From a virus (Duplodnaviria; Caudoviricetes): 52,316 nt of DNA. Location: IMG/VR virus record IMGVR_UViG_3300037470_000717, positions 1 through 52,316 of that record; one strand, given 5' to 3'. The notes under the pieces were generated by a model. That model searched no databases. It saw nothing but the letters and a program-made list of their open reading frames with translations, and had not been told where the DNA came from. Position 1 is the stretch's first letter. Each line of letters starts with the position of its first letter. Made by a program: the position numbers and the translations under genes. Of this stretch, positions 33,860 through 43,935 are shown in pieces.

Positions 33860-34565
33860 ATCACCAATCTTTTCCCTGATATTCTTACATTACGATAAAC
33901 CCTCACTGCTCCGCAGCCAGCTTGCGCAATATGCTGACCGCCTTGCCCATCATGAACATGTCGAAGCGATATGGGTGGACAACGGCAGCACAGACCCTAC
34001 TGTTGGGCAAACTCTCACGGCTGCTTCTGCCCGGCATGGCGAAAGATTCAAGGCTGTTAACATTTCCCCCAACATAGGGTTTGGGCGCGGGATGAACCGG
34101 GGTGCCGAATATGCCACCGGTGACGTCCTGATTTTCATTTCGTCAGATGTGATGTTCGAGGACTTCATCACGACCCATGCGGAAGTAATTGAACGCCTAT
34201 GCACCATGGAGGGCGCTCTTGTGGGGCAGACCCTCTACACGGAATCGACCGGGTGGAATAAATTCGGGAATATTATCATCCCCTATGTGGCCGGCCACTG
34301 GCTGGCTGTCGCACGCAGGAATTTCATGAAATTCGATGAGCGATATTACCCTTATGATTATGAAGATGTAGACCTGTCTTGGGCACATATCGAGGGCGGC
34401 TTCAATCAAGTGCATAAGTTGGTTGAAATCACTGATTTGCCTATCAGGCATCTCGGAGGCGCTACTATCGGCCAACTAAATCCGATGCGGCACGAACATA
34501 CCGTAGAAATGCGGAAGGTGTTTGCGAAGAAATGGGGACTTTTCAACTTCCCGGAACGCCCATGA
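33852..34565 (+). CDS. Glycosyltransferase family 2
   Basis: VDNGSTD, NIGFGRGMNRG, FISSD, YEDVDLS. Confidence 0.85.
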   Translation: MSKSPIFSLIFLHYDKPSLLRSQLAQYADRLAHHEHVEAIWVDNGSTDPTVGQTLTAASARHGERFKAVNISPNIGFGRGMNRGAEYATGDVLIFISSDVMFEDFITTHAEVIERLCTMEGALVGQTLYTESTGWNKFGNIIIPYVAGHWLAVARRNFMKFDERYYPYDYEDVDLSWAHIEGGFNQVHKLVEITDLPIRHLGGATIGQLNPMRHEHTVEMRKVFAKKWGLFNFPERP

Positions 34566-35494
34566 CCATCCGAATCGCGTTCACATCTATCTTTTATCCC
34601 CTGTTCATGGGACGCTACATGCTGGAAGCGCTGCGTCGGCGTGATGACGTCGAAGTTTGGGCTGCTGGCCCCTGTACATCTAATTGGATACCGTGGGCCG
34701 GGGGGATGTATCTTCCAGAAGAATATGCCTGCATCCCCGATTTGGACACGGGTGCAGGTTCTCCATATCATGTGAACTATGCCGAATTGGAGGAACAATG
34801 TCCATGGGAACCCGACCTGTGGATTGAAGTAAACGCCGGGTTGTTTCCCACTGGGCATCCCCGAACCCGTTATGCGGTCATCGGCACTGACCCCCATGTT
34901 CTGGGTGCCCATTATGCACCCATTCGCTCTGTTGTGCGTTCAGTCGGCGGCAAGTTTTTCAACATGCAGACCCCCTATATGGAGCCAGATGACATCTGGC
35001 TCCCCTATGCCTATTCCCCGGAATGGCATACCCCCACACAAATCCCGTGGGCAAATCGGGTATATGATGCCTCCCTAATTGGCCTCCAGTATGTCAACCG
35101 TATCGCCCTATTTGAAACGATGAAATCACAAGGGCTGAAAACTTTCAATGAACTGGGATTGGTTTTTAACGAAGCCCGGAATATCTATCACAACACCCGT
35201 GTGGGTGTGAACTGGTCGAGTTTGCAGGACACGACCGCACGAGTGTTCGAGTTGATGGCTTTTGGGATTGTGCCATTACTAAACCGCGTTCCCGACCTTT
35301 CCAATATTTTTGTAGAGGGGCAGCATTATCTGGGGTTCACATCGCACACCGAGGCCATCGAAAAAATGCACTGGATTATAGAAAATCCGGAGGAAGCCAA
35401 CCGGATTGTATCTAATGCCCTCGAAGCCGTGGCACCCCATACATGGGACGCGCGCATGCAGACCGTCTTAGAAAACATGGGGGTAATTCCATGA
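34562..35494 (+). CDS. Glycosyltransferase (GT-B, CgeB/Glyco_trans_1_2-like)
   Basis: WLPYAY, RVFELMAFG, HTWDARM. Confidence 0.75.
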   Translation: MTIRIAFTSIFYPLFMGRYMLEALRRRDDVEVWAAGPCTSNWIPWAGGMYLPEEYACIPDLDTGAGSPYHVNYAELEEQCPWEPDLWIEVNAGLFPTGHPRTRYAVIGTDPHVLGAHYAPIRSVVRSVGGKFFNMQTPYMEPDDIWLPYAYSPEWHTPTQIPWANRVYDASLIGLQYVNRIALFETMKSQGLKTFNELGLVFNEARNIYHNTRVGVNWSSLQDTTARVFELMAFGIVPLLNRVPDLSNIFVEGQHYLGFTSHTEAIEKMHWIIENPEEANRIVSNALEAVAPHTWDARMQTVLENMGVIP

Positions 35495-35910
35495 ACATCC
35501 CCCAGCGAGTGAACGCCTTGAAGCATCGTGGCGACCCTAAGAGCGCGATATTGGAGAGCGGCCACACCGTCACCAAAGAGGAATATCTTTATTTCACCGC
35601 ACCCTCGGACGGGACGAACCCGGAAACCAAACAGGCCGTCCCAGCCATGGATTATCATGACGCTCATTTCCTCTACGTCAACCCACTATATGAATTGAAC
35701 GGCCCGGCTGGCTATGGTCAGGTGCCTTTTATGTGCACCTGCGGCGCGATGGCGAATGTTATCAGCGCGGGAGAGGCGTTTCGGCTTGGACTTCCACCGC
35801 CGCCCAATAATGCGAAGAAGATGGTCGTCTGTGAATTCCACACCAATGAGGTAGTTCTGTATGGCGTCTTGCAGGCCCGTCACCAGACTTCGTATGTGAA
35901 CAAACGATGA
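35491..35910 (+). CDS. Hypothetical Cys/His protein
   Basis: ATGA overlaps at both ends; CTC and CEFH. Confidence 0.6.
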   Translation: MNIPQRVNALKHRGDPKSAILESGHTVTKEEYLYFTAPSDGTNPETKQAVPAMDYHDAHFLYVNPLYELNGPAGYGQVPFMCTCGAMANVISAGEAFRLGLPPPPNNAKKMVVCEFHTNEVVLYGVLQARHQTSYVNKR

Positions 35911-36677
35911 AACCCAAGGTCGTGGTACTGGCCCGAACCCGGAATAGCGAAAAATATATCGGCAATTTTGTGGTGCAATATTTTCGTGGGGGGGCAGCCA
36001 ATATCCTGATTGCCGATGGCGGCAGTGAGGATAGCACCATAGCCATGCTCGAATCGTACGAGCAGGAAAGCAAGGGCGTTCTCCAAGTACGCGATTATGA
36101 AATTCGTGAAGAAGTTAATGGGGTTTGGGTCAATCCCCAGTGGTCACACCTCAACTTTCTAATAGACTGGGCAGAACAGGAAACTGACGCGGACTGGTTT
36201 GTTTTTGATGACATTGATTGTTGGCCCAATTACGAACTTAGGGATGGCATGCTTGGCTTCTTTGAAGTTGCAGAGGCACAGGGAAAGACGGCAGTGTTCG
36301 CATACCGACTGCATATTTTCAAAGGCGAACACTACTTCCCAGATATGAATATTCCCGGCCAATCGTTATGGGCATGGCATCGCAAGGCGGCCATTCGCTC
36401 GGCTACAGCAGAATCGTTGGAAGCGCCACGCCTGTACAATATTCCAGAAAAAGAAGACCGTTTGTATCTGCACCACCCATATGTTTTGTTACATAATACA
36501 TGGCCCAACGACACCGAAGTTGCCCGGAAGATGCACCATTATCGACAGGTTAGAGGCGTGAAGCATATGCCTCATCCACTGCAATCCGGTGGGAAACTCG
36601 CATCCTTGCCACCATACGCACTTATAGACAGACCGCTGCCCGATTATCAAATCCCCGAAACAGAGGTTGCGGAATGA
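35907..36677 (+). CDS. Glycosyltransferase family 2
   Basis: RNSEKYI, ADGGSEDST, FDDID. Confidence 0.8.
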   Translation: MKPKVVVLARTRNSEKYIGNFVVQYFRGGAANILIADGGSEDSTIAMLESYEQESKGVLQVRDYEIREEVNGVWVNPQWSHLNFLIDWAEQETDADWFVFDDIDCWPNYELRDGMLGFFEVAEAQGKTAVFAYRLHIFKGEHYFPDMNIPGQSLWAWHRKAAIRSATAESLEAPRLYNIPEKEDRLYLHHPYVLLHNTWPNDTEVARKMHHYRQVRGVKHMPHPLQSGGKLASLPPYALIDRPLPDYQIPETEVAE

Positions 36678-37348
36678 ATAAGGTGTTTACAGACAGTTTC
36701 TTTTCCCATCTAGCAGAATTAGAAAGCGACATCTATTCCCAGCCCGCAGATGACGGACACATTGCTTGGGCCAAACTGGCAATCGATTGGGCTAATGAGA
36801 TGGAGCCATTGGAAGGAAAAGCGGTTCTGGACATTGGTTGTGGTCAGGGGTTTGCCAGAGAACTGTTCGCAGAGTACCGGGCGGCTTCATGGGCGGGTAT
36901 CACACGCGGTGAAGATGTCCCGATTTGTAAAGAGAAAGGTCTGCGTATCTTTGATACGGATATGACCCTATCCGGGATAGAGGTCGACCCAGAGCGCGGG
37001 GGCGATTGGAACTTCCTGTTTGCACGCCACGTGCTGGAGCATTCCCTTTTTCCGCTGCTGACCCTGATGGAATGGCACCGGATTGCCTATAAAGACGCCT
37101 CCCTGCTGCTTGTAGCCCCGGCACCGGAGTTTTGGGGCTATGGCGGCCTCAATCATTATAGTGTGATGAACCATGACCAGATTTCGTCCAATCTGGTGCG
37201 TTCAGGTTGGCGTCCTATTGCACAACACACATTTACCATGGGGCACTCCGAATTTATTAAGCATAATCCAGACGCAGTCATCGAACATCACAGACCTGTA
37301 GAACTCTGGTACTACTGCAAACGAATTCCACGAGGTGAGAGTGACTAG
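36674..37348 (+). CDS. Class I SAM-dependent methyltransferase
   Basis: VLDIGCGQG, ARHVLEHS. Confidence 0.85.
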   Translation: MNKVFTDSFFSHLAELESDIYSQPADDGHIAWAKLAIDWANEMEPLEGKAVLDIGCGQGFARELFAEYRAASWAGITRGEDVPICKEKGLRIFDTDMTLSGIEVDPERGGDWNFLFARHVLEHSLFPLLTLMEWHRIAYKDASLLLVAPAPEFWGYGGLNHYSVMNHDQISSNLVRSGWRPIAQHTFTMGHSEFIKHNPDAVIEHHRPVELWYYCKRIPRGESD

Positions 37349-37958
37349 ACGCTTTGTAGTCGTCACTATTCCGGGTGGACGCCCAGATATCCCGTCGCAG
37401 ATTTTCAATCTGCGGAACTTTGTCCAATTCTGCAACCGGGATTCAAGCCAGCGCCCTATGAGCGAGTTGGTGGATAGCCTGTGGAGCATTCTGGACAATA
37501 ATGAACGGGCGCGGGTTGGGATGAACGCGCCTTATAATGAACGATTTGAGGAATTGTTTCGTGAATTTGATATCGTGCCTCTGTTCTGGATACGTGACCC
37601 CAGAGATTGCATTCTGGCATATCAGGCACGGGATTTTGGCCCGGAAATCGCACCTGTTGCCGATGGTCAGGGTGGGTTCGCGGATATGTTGATGGGACAT
37701 TGTCAGTGGTACCATGCGGCACGACCTGTATCACTCGAAGGGTTTCTGGATAGGCCCCTCTGGTGGTGTAGGAAAGTGATAGGGATGTACCCCGAAGTAT
37801 TTAAGTTTGATGATTCATCCAAAATGGTAAGACGCGCACCGATTTATTCCCCAGATGCGGGGGAACGATTGGGGAATGACTTGCCGAATCGGGTGAAACA
37901 AATCGAGGCCACTCCAGCAATTATCGAAATACGACGACTCTTGGGATATACAGCATGA
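37335..37958 (+). CDS. Hypothetical protein, possible degenerate sulfotransferase-like fold
   Basis: WIRDPRDC resembles the PAPS 3'-phosphate binding motif; 5'-PSB motif unclear. Confidence 0.4.
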   Translation: MRVTRRFVVVTIPGGRPDIPSQIFNLRNFVQFCNRDSSQRPMSELVDSLWSILDNNERARVGMNAPYNERFEELFREFDIVPLFWIRDPRDCILAYQARDFGPEIAPVADGQGGFADMLMGHCQWYHAARPVSLEGFLDRPLWWCRKVIGMYPEVFKFDDSSKMVRRAPIYSPDAGERLGNDLPNRVKQIEATPAIIEIRRLLGYTA

Positions 37959-38695
37959 CCGATATTAAACAGGTTGTCATTTTGGCCGGGGGCAAAGGAA
38001 CGCGTTTACACGAAACGACCGGGGATATTATCCCCAAGCCGCTGGTCGAAATTGGCGGATTACCAATCCTCTACCATATCCTGTCGATTTACGGCGGACA
38101 GGGTGTTAGCAGAGCCTTTATTGCGACCGGCCATAAAGGTGACCTTATTGCTAGTTGGGTGGATGCTCACAGAAAACTGTTGCTGGATGCGGGCATTATG
38201 GAGTGTGTCTGCGTCGATACCGGCGAGGACAGCGGAACAGGTGGTCGCATCCGTCGAGTTGCTCAATGGTTGTATAGAACGCCCTTCCACTTGACGTATG
38301 GCGACGGGTTAGGGAATGTCGACCTTGGGCGCATTGAAACCATACACGGCTTGGACAAAAAGAACCTGATGACCATAACAGCCGCAAAGCCCCCTGCACG
38401 TTTTGGGGCTATTCAATTTGATGATTTCAAGGTCGTTGAGTTCGGGGAAAAGACCCAGTCCGATACGTTCATTGCCGGTGGCTATATGGTCGTCGAACGA
38501 AGAATCACCAACCATATAGCCAATGATGACGTCAGTCTGGAGTACGATGTTATGCCTGTTCTGGCGCGTCATGGGCTTATGGGCGGGTATCGACATACAG
38601 GTTATTGGCAGATGATGGACACACCCCGTGACCATGCCAAGCTGGAACAGGATTATCAAACTCAAACCCCACCCCCGTGGATGGCTAAAAAATGA
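37955..38695 (+). CDS. rfbF: Glucose-1-phosphate cytidylyltransferase (DdhA/RfbF-like)
   Basis: ILAGGKGTRL, PKPLVEIGG, DTGEDSGTGGRI, LTYGDG, WQMMDTPRD. Confidence 0.85.
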   Translation: MTDIKQVVILAGGKGTRLHETTGDIIPKPLVEIGGLPILYHILSIYGGQGVSRAFIATGHKGDLIASWVDAHRKLLLDAGIMECVCVDTGEDSGTGGRIRRVAQWLYRTPFHLTYGDGLGNVDLGRIETIHGLDKKNLMTITAAKPPARFGAIQFDDFKVVEFGEKTQSDTFIAGGYMVVERRITNHIANDDVSLEYDVMPVLARHGLMGGYRHTGYWQMMDTPRDHAKLEQDYQTQTPPPWMAKK

Positions 38696-39711
38696 CCTCT
38701 GATGTAGTGTTTAACGGTTTGCGCAATAAGCGTGTATTGGTTACAGGCGGATACGGTTTTTTGGGCAACCACCTATGTGATGCGCTGTATGAGGCCGGGG
38801 CAGACCTCTATGTCATGCGTTACAACGCTGACCCCTCCCGACCACCTAAACTGACTTATCTGTCAGGTTGGTGGAAACGCGCCCGCACTATTGATGGCGA
38901 CCTGCGGGATTATCAAGATGCAGAACGCGCCATTGCCATTGCCGAACCGGAATATGTGTTTCATCTGGCGGCCATGTCACAGGTCACCGAATGTACTAAC
39001 ATTCCGGCCCAAGCCTATGCGGTTACCGTGATGGGCACCGTTCATCTGCTGGATGCACTCCGGCGGTTTCGACCTAACACCCCGGTGGTAATTTCCTCGT
39101 CCGACAAGGCTGTTGGCTTCCATGAGCAGCCTATCAGTTCGCGGACACCGTACAGGGCGATACATCCCTATGAGGCGAGTAAGGCCGCGCAGGAAATTGT
39201 AGCCAAGTCATATGCGATTCAATGGGACATGCCTATCGGTATTATTCGCGCCGCTAATCTATTTGGAGGTGGTGACCTCAATTTCAAGCGTATCATCCCC
39301 ACCGTTTTCCGGGCGATATTAGACAAGGAACCGGTTATATTCCGCACTGATGGCGAACAGGTGCGGGAGTATATCTATGCCGGCAGCGCAATCGTGCCAT
39401 TCGCACGCATGGCGCGATTGCTTGAAATGGGTAAAATCGCCCCCGGTCAGGTGGTAACCTTGGGCGGCTATGAGGCCACGGCCAATGAAGTCTATGAGTT
39501 GGCCTCCAGAGCCATGTTGGGTGGGGAAGTCTACCCGCCGGTGGTCAGATTGGGGGGTAACGCTGGCGAGAATCCCATGCTCCGTATCGACAATAAGGAA
39601 GCAGAGCGGCTTTTAGGTTGGGAATATAACCGCTTACATATAACATCGCACCTGAAAATAACTGCTGATTGGTATAGAAAATTCTGGCATCCGGGGGGCA
39701 GCTATGTCTAA
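38692..39711 (+). CDS. rfbG: CDP-glucose 4,6-dehydratase-like SDR (DdhB/RfbG)
   Basis: VTGGYGFLG, FHLAA, SSDKA, PYEASK, GGGDLNFKRIIP; follows rfbF. Confidence 0.8.
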   Translation: MTSDVVFNGLRNKRVLVTGGYGFLGNHLCDALYEAGADLYVMRYNADPSRPPKLTYLSGWWKRARTIDGDLRDYQDAERAIAIAEPEYVFHLAAMSQVTECTNIPAQAYAVTVMGTVHLLDALRRFRPNTPVVISSSDKAVGFHEQPISSRTPYRAIHPYEASKAAQEIVAKSYAIQWDMPIGIIRAANLFGGGDLNFKRIIPTVFRAILDKEPVIFRTDGEQVREYIYAGSAIVPFARMARLLEMGKIAPGQVVTLGGYEATANEVYELASRAMLGGEVYPPVVRLGGNAGENPMLRIDNKEAERLLGWEYNRLHITSHLKITADWYRKFWHPGGSYV

Positions 39712-40204
39712 GAGCAGTTATATTGACGGAGTTGAAATCATCGAACTTAAAGAATTCGTGGATAGGCGCGGTCGTGTTCAGCATGGTTACAATCTTTTTA
39801 ATCCAGCCTTTGACTTTCTGCCACCCACAGTAGGCGAAGTTTACTTCTCCAGTGTTAATCCCGGTGTCGTGAAAGCGTGGCATTTGCATAAAGAAATGTG
39901 GTTGCGCTACGTAGTCGTCTCTGGAACAATAACCTTGGGACTTTTTGATGACCGGGAAGGTAGCCCAACTCGCGGCCATCCCATGAAAGTCCAGATGGCG
40001 GAAAACGGGACACATTATAAAATGGTCATCATTCCACCCGGTGTCTGGAACGGATTTCGCGCAACCGAGCATGCAACGCGACCGGCAAAAATATGCAACA
40101 TTTCCTCTATGCCACATGACCCGGACGAAATTGTACGTAAGCCCCCGGATGCCGTCCCGTGGGGATTATCATGGGGTGATTATGACCGGGAGGTTTCCGG
40201 CTGA
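39704..40204 (+). CDS. rfbC: NDP-4-keto-6-deoxyglucose epimerase (RmlC/RfbC-like cupin)
   Basis: DRRG, GVVKAWHLH, DDREGSPT, IPPGVWNGF. Confidence 0.8.
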   Translation: MSKSSYIDGVEIIELKEFVDRRGRVQHGYNLFNPAFDFLPPTVGEVYFSSVNPGVVKAWHLHKEMWLRYVVVSGTITLGLFDDREGSPTRGHPMKVQMAENGTHYKMVIIPPGVWNGFRATEHATRPAKICNISSMPHDPDEIVRKPPDAVPWGLSWGDYDREVSG

Positions 40205-41565
40205 TGGAACCCAAGAGCTACAAATATCTGAATCTTGCAGTCGGGTATGCTACGAAATTTGTGGCGAGTGAACAAAGCGCGCGGCCTGAATTTGTGCCGG
40301 GCCAGACCTATATCCCCCCAAGCGGGAAAGTGGTCGGCACCCCAGAGGTAACGAATGCCATCAGGGCAGCGCTGGAGATGAACTTCACCGAGGGGCACTG
40401 GACGGATGAGTTCGAGGAAGCGATTGCCGGGTATGTACGCGTGCGCTACGCGAGTTTATGTAATAGCGGTTCCAGCGCTAACCTTCTGGCACTGGCAGCC
40501 GTGACTGACCCATCTGTTCGGAAAAAAGATTATCCCGAACGGCCATACATTATTACAGCGGCAGCCGGATTTCCCACCACCGTGAACCCCATATTGCAAC
40601 TGGGGTTCACGCCGTGGTTTGTGGACGTGCCTCTCGAATTTGGGAAGTATGTTCCGGGTATCGATGAAATCCGGGAGGCGATTGACCATCTGGGGCCGAA
40701 AAATGTGGTGGGCATCATGCTGGCGCACACCTTGGGTCAATTACTACCTATCAAGGGTATCCTTGACCTTTGCGAAGAACACAACCTGTTCTTTGTGGAG
40801 GACGCCTGCGATGCACTGGGGTCTGAATATTTCCTGAACGGTTCTCCGCGCCGTACCGGCAGTTTTGGCGATGTCGCTACACTGTCGATGTATCCGGCCC
40901 ACCATATTACGGGCGGGGAAGGTGGAGTGGTATTTACCAATCGGCCTCGACTGCACAAAATCATAGAATCGTTTCGGGATTGGGGCCGGGATTGTTGGTG
41001 TGTGCCCGGCGCAGAAAACACCTGCGGAAAGCGGTTCGATTTCCAATTGGGCGACTTGCCACAGGGGTACGACCACAAATATATTTACAGTCGCTTGGGC
41101 TATAATATGAAATCAACGGACTTTCAGGCTGCGATTGCTTTGGCACAAATAAAAAGATTGCCCGGATTTGTCAACGCACGTCGTGAAAATAAGAATGCCC
41201 TGCATGCAGGAATTTTCAAGCATTCAGACGTACTGATTTTGCCGGCGGCGGACAACCACCATGTGACCAGTTGGTTCGGCTACCCCATTACATTGCGTGA
41301 GCCCAAAGGTGAATTTACCCGCGCCAACTTTATCAAGTGGTTGGAAGAACGCCGAATTGGAACTCGGCTGCTCTTTGGGGGTAACCTGCTGCGACAACCA
41401 GCTTATGTTGGGCGCTGTGTACAAAATGCCGCCACACTACCTAACTCGGATAAAATTGCAAGAGATACCTTTTGGGTCGGTGTCTATCCCGGAATTACCC
41501 CTTTGATGAGGGACTACATGATTGAAAGTCTGTGTGAATTTGTGGAGAAACATTATGAAAATTGA
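40204..41565 (+). CDS. rfbH: CDP-4-keto-6-deoxyglucose 3-dehydratase (E1, DdhC/RfbH)
   Basis: NSGSSANLLA, GFPTTVNP, AHTLG, EDACDALG, YPAHHITGGEGG (His in place of the PLP Lys), RDWGRDCWC...NTC Fe-S ligands, YDHKY. Confidence 0.92.
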   Translation: MEPKSYKYLNLAVGYATKFVASEQSARPEFVPGQTYIPPSGKVVGTPEVTNAIRAALEMNFTEGHWTDEFEEAIAGYVRVRYASLCNSGSSANLLALAAVTDPSVRKKDYPERPYIITAAAGFPTTVNPILQLGFTPWFVDVPLEFGKYVPGIDEIREAIDHLGPKNVVGIMLAHTLGQLLPIKGILDLCEEHNLFFVEDACDALGSEYFLNGSPRRTGSFGDVATLSMYPAHHITGGEGGVVFTNRPRLHKIIESFRDWGRDCWCVPGAENTCGKRFDFQLGDLPQGYDHKYIYSRLGYNMKSTDFQAAIALAQIKRLPGFVNARRENKNALHAGIFKHSDVLILPAADNHHVTSWFGYPITLREPKGEFTRANFIKWLEERRIGTRLLFGGNLLRQPAYVGRCVQNAATLPNSDKIARDTFWVGVYPGITPLMRDYMIESLCEFVEKHYEN

Positions 41566-42607
41566 CTTGATTGCCAACGATGGCAGCCCGTTGAGCGTTA
41601 CCCCCGAAACCATAAACGGAAACGGGGTGGGGGGCGCGGAACTCGCCATGATGACGCTCATGCGCGCGTTCGCCAAGCGCGGGCATGATGTTACAGTCTA
41701 CAATGATTCTCTCGGCATTTTTGATGGAGTGAACTATACCCTCCGTCGCAATTTTCAAAGCGGGGAGAATCGGGATGCCCTCATTATCTTTCGGTCACCT
41801 AACCCACTGGTGCAATTCAACCGATTGGGAGATAGCCAGTCGGTTGTGTGGTGGTCGTGTGACCAACACACAACCGGGAGTTTCCATGATTTAGGGAGAC
41901 ATCCTCGTGTCGATTTCTGCGTGACCATTTCTCCCTATCACACCGATTATCATTTGATGCACTACAGCATCCCACGTGAAAAAATCGGGCATATCGATAT
42001 TGGGGTACGTACGGAAGAATATGAGCAGCAAGTCGATAAAATCCAGAACCGCATGATTTTTTGCAGTGTGCCGGACAGGGGCGCCATAGAACTGGCCCAA
42101 GCATGGCCTAAAATCGTCGATGCCCTTCCAGATGCGTCGCTTGTCATTACCAGCGATTATCGGCTCTGGGGCGTCCCCCATGCCAACAATGAACAGTATC
42201 AACGTCTGTTCCGCATGATGAAGAACGTTCAGTTCATGGGACGCGTTCCACGCCCGGAACTGGTGAAGTTGCAGTTGCAATCCGAAATCATGGCTTACCC
42301 GTGTACCTATGAGGAATTATTTTGCATCGCGGCAGCGGAGTGTCAAGTAGCAGGAGCTATACCGGTCACTTCGGGGGTCGGGGCGCTTCCGACCACCAAT
42401 GAAATCGGCAAGGTTCTCCCCGGTTTTCCCACCGACCCCGGCTGGATACAATCATTTGCTGCGACGGTGGTGGATATGCTCACCAAATCGCGCGAAGAAC
42501 TGGTCAACGCCCAAACCAAACGTAAGAATACGGTATGGGAGCGCTTTAACTATGACAACATTGCCGAACAGTGGGAATACCTGTTCGCGGAAGGGAAGTT
42601 GAAATGA
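41555..42607 (+). CDS. Glycosyltransferase family 4
   Basis: GVGGAE, SVPDRG, YEELFCIAAAECQVAG (E-x7-E). Confidence 0.85.
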   Translation: MKIDLIANDGSPLSVTPETINGNGVGGAELAMMTLMRAFAKRGHDVTVYNDSLGIFDGVNYTLRRNFQSGENRDALIIFRSPNPLVQFNRLGDSQSVVWWSCDQHTTGSFHDLGRHPRVDFCVTISPYHTDYHLMHYSIPREKIGHIDIGVRTEEYEQQVDKIQNRMIFCSVPDRGAIELAQAWPKIVDALPDASLVITSDYRLWGVPHANNEQYQRLFRMMKNVQFMGRVPRPELVKLQLQSEIMAYPCTYEELFCIAAAECQVAGAIPVTSGVGALPTTNEIGKVLPGFPTDPGWIQSFAATVVDMLTKSREELVNAQTKRKNTVWERFNYDNIAEQWEYLFAEGKLK

Positions 42608-43935
42608 TACTCTTTATCTCCGATTTCGACATGCGCGGTTCTGGGTACATGAATATCTCCACCAACATGTGCCTAGAACTGCACCGGCGCCTCACCGAAA
42701 AGAGGGGAGAGGGCAAACACCTTATGGTCGTGGGCTGGCATTATCTGGGGCAGGAGCACAGTTGGCCTTTCCCTGTTTTGCCGGTACGCCCGGAATTCAC
42801 CATGGAACACACGATTTCAATGTGCCTTAATCTGGTTACATTGGGAAAGGCCGGTAAACACGAACCCGTAGAATGTATTGTGGCGGCGGTCGATATCAAC
42901 TTGCAGGTAGCGTTGCGCGAAAAATTCGGCACAATGGACACTTTTGCGGATATTCCTTTCGTGGGCATATTCCCGGTCGAAGATAAGCCGATGCAAAAGT
43001 CGTGGGCGTTAGCACTCAACCAGAATGACGAAAATCTCGTCATCAGCTATCACGGTCTGGAAGCGGTCGAAGAAAGTGCCATGGCGGCTGGCTACCTTCC
43101 CATTGGTTTGGACACTGAATCGTGGGTAGTGGCCGAACCGGATGTTCGTACGCAGTTCCGGAAGAACATGGGATTCGACCAAGACCCGGATAACCCGGAT
43201 TTCGTGATTATCACTGTAGCCGACAACCAGATTCGGAAAAACCTTGCCACGACCATGGAGATATTCGCACGGGCACATAAACAGGCTCCCCGTCGCATGC
43301 GCTTGATACTGGTAACCCGGCTGAACATGACTGTGGGTTGGGATATCCCGGCCCTAGCCGAAGAATTTGACGTCACAGGCGATTTTATCCCTATGGAACG
43401 GGGAATGCCGTTCAAAGACCTCTGGCGTCTTTATACCGTGGCCGACCTGTTCCTTCTAACCAGCACAGCCGAGGGTTTGTGCATGCCGGTTCTGGAGGCG
43501 CAGGCAACCGGAACCCCGGTACTGGTTACAGACAGTTCCGCGTTGGTGGAACATGTGTTCGCTGACCGCGAGAAACACTTTCAGGATGTCCGGGAACGGA
43601 AAAAAGAGAGAGATGTCATTTCTCTTGTACATGGCTTATTCCTCGACCCATTTTTTAAGGAAAACACTGGTGAACGCGGGTTCGTAATCCCCGTCGTTTT
43701 TCAATACCGCGACCCTTTCGGGAACGCCATCCGCAGCTATGTGGGCATCGAAGAAGGTTTTAGGATGCTACTGCATATCGAACGGCTACAGCGCGACAAA
43801 AGTCCTGAACTGAAACAGATTATCGATAATGGGCTATCCTATGTGCGCCAACGTACGTGGGAGAAGACCGGCGAACCGCTTATAGCGGCCATCGAACGTG
43901 CTATCGCGCGCCGAAAGGAAAATTCCAATGGCTGA
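42604..43935 (+). CDS. Glycosyltransferase family 4
   Basis: NQIRKN, ADLFLLTSTAEGLCMPVLEAQATGTPV. Confidence 0.88.
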   Translation: MILFISDFDMRGSGYMNISTNMCLELHRRLTEKRGEGKHLMVVGWHYLGQEHSWPFPVLPVRPEFTMEHTISMCLNLVTLGKAGKHEPVECIVAAVDINLQVALREKFGTMDTFADIPFVGIFPVEDKPMQKSWALALNQNDENLVISYHGLEAVEESAMAAGYLPIGLDTESWVVAEPDVRTQFRKNMGFDQDPDNPDFVIITVADNQIRKNLATTMEIFARAHKQAPRRMRLILVTRLNMTVGWDIPALAEEFDVTGDFIPMERGMPFKDLWRLYTVADLFLLTSTAEGLCMPVLEAQATGTPVLVTDSSALVEHVFADREKHFQDVRERKKERDVISLVHGLFLDPFFKENTGERGFVIPVVFQYRDPFGNAIRSYVGIEEGFRMLLHIERLQRDKSPELKQIIDNGLSYVRQRTWEKTGEPLIAAIERAIARRKENSNG

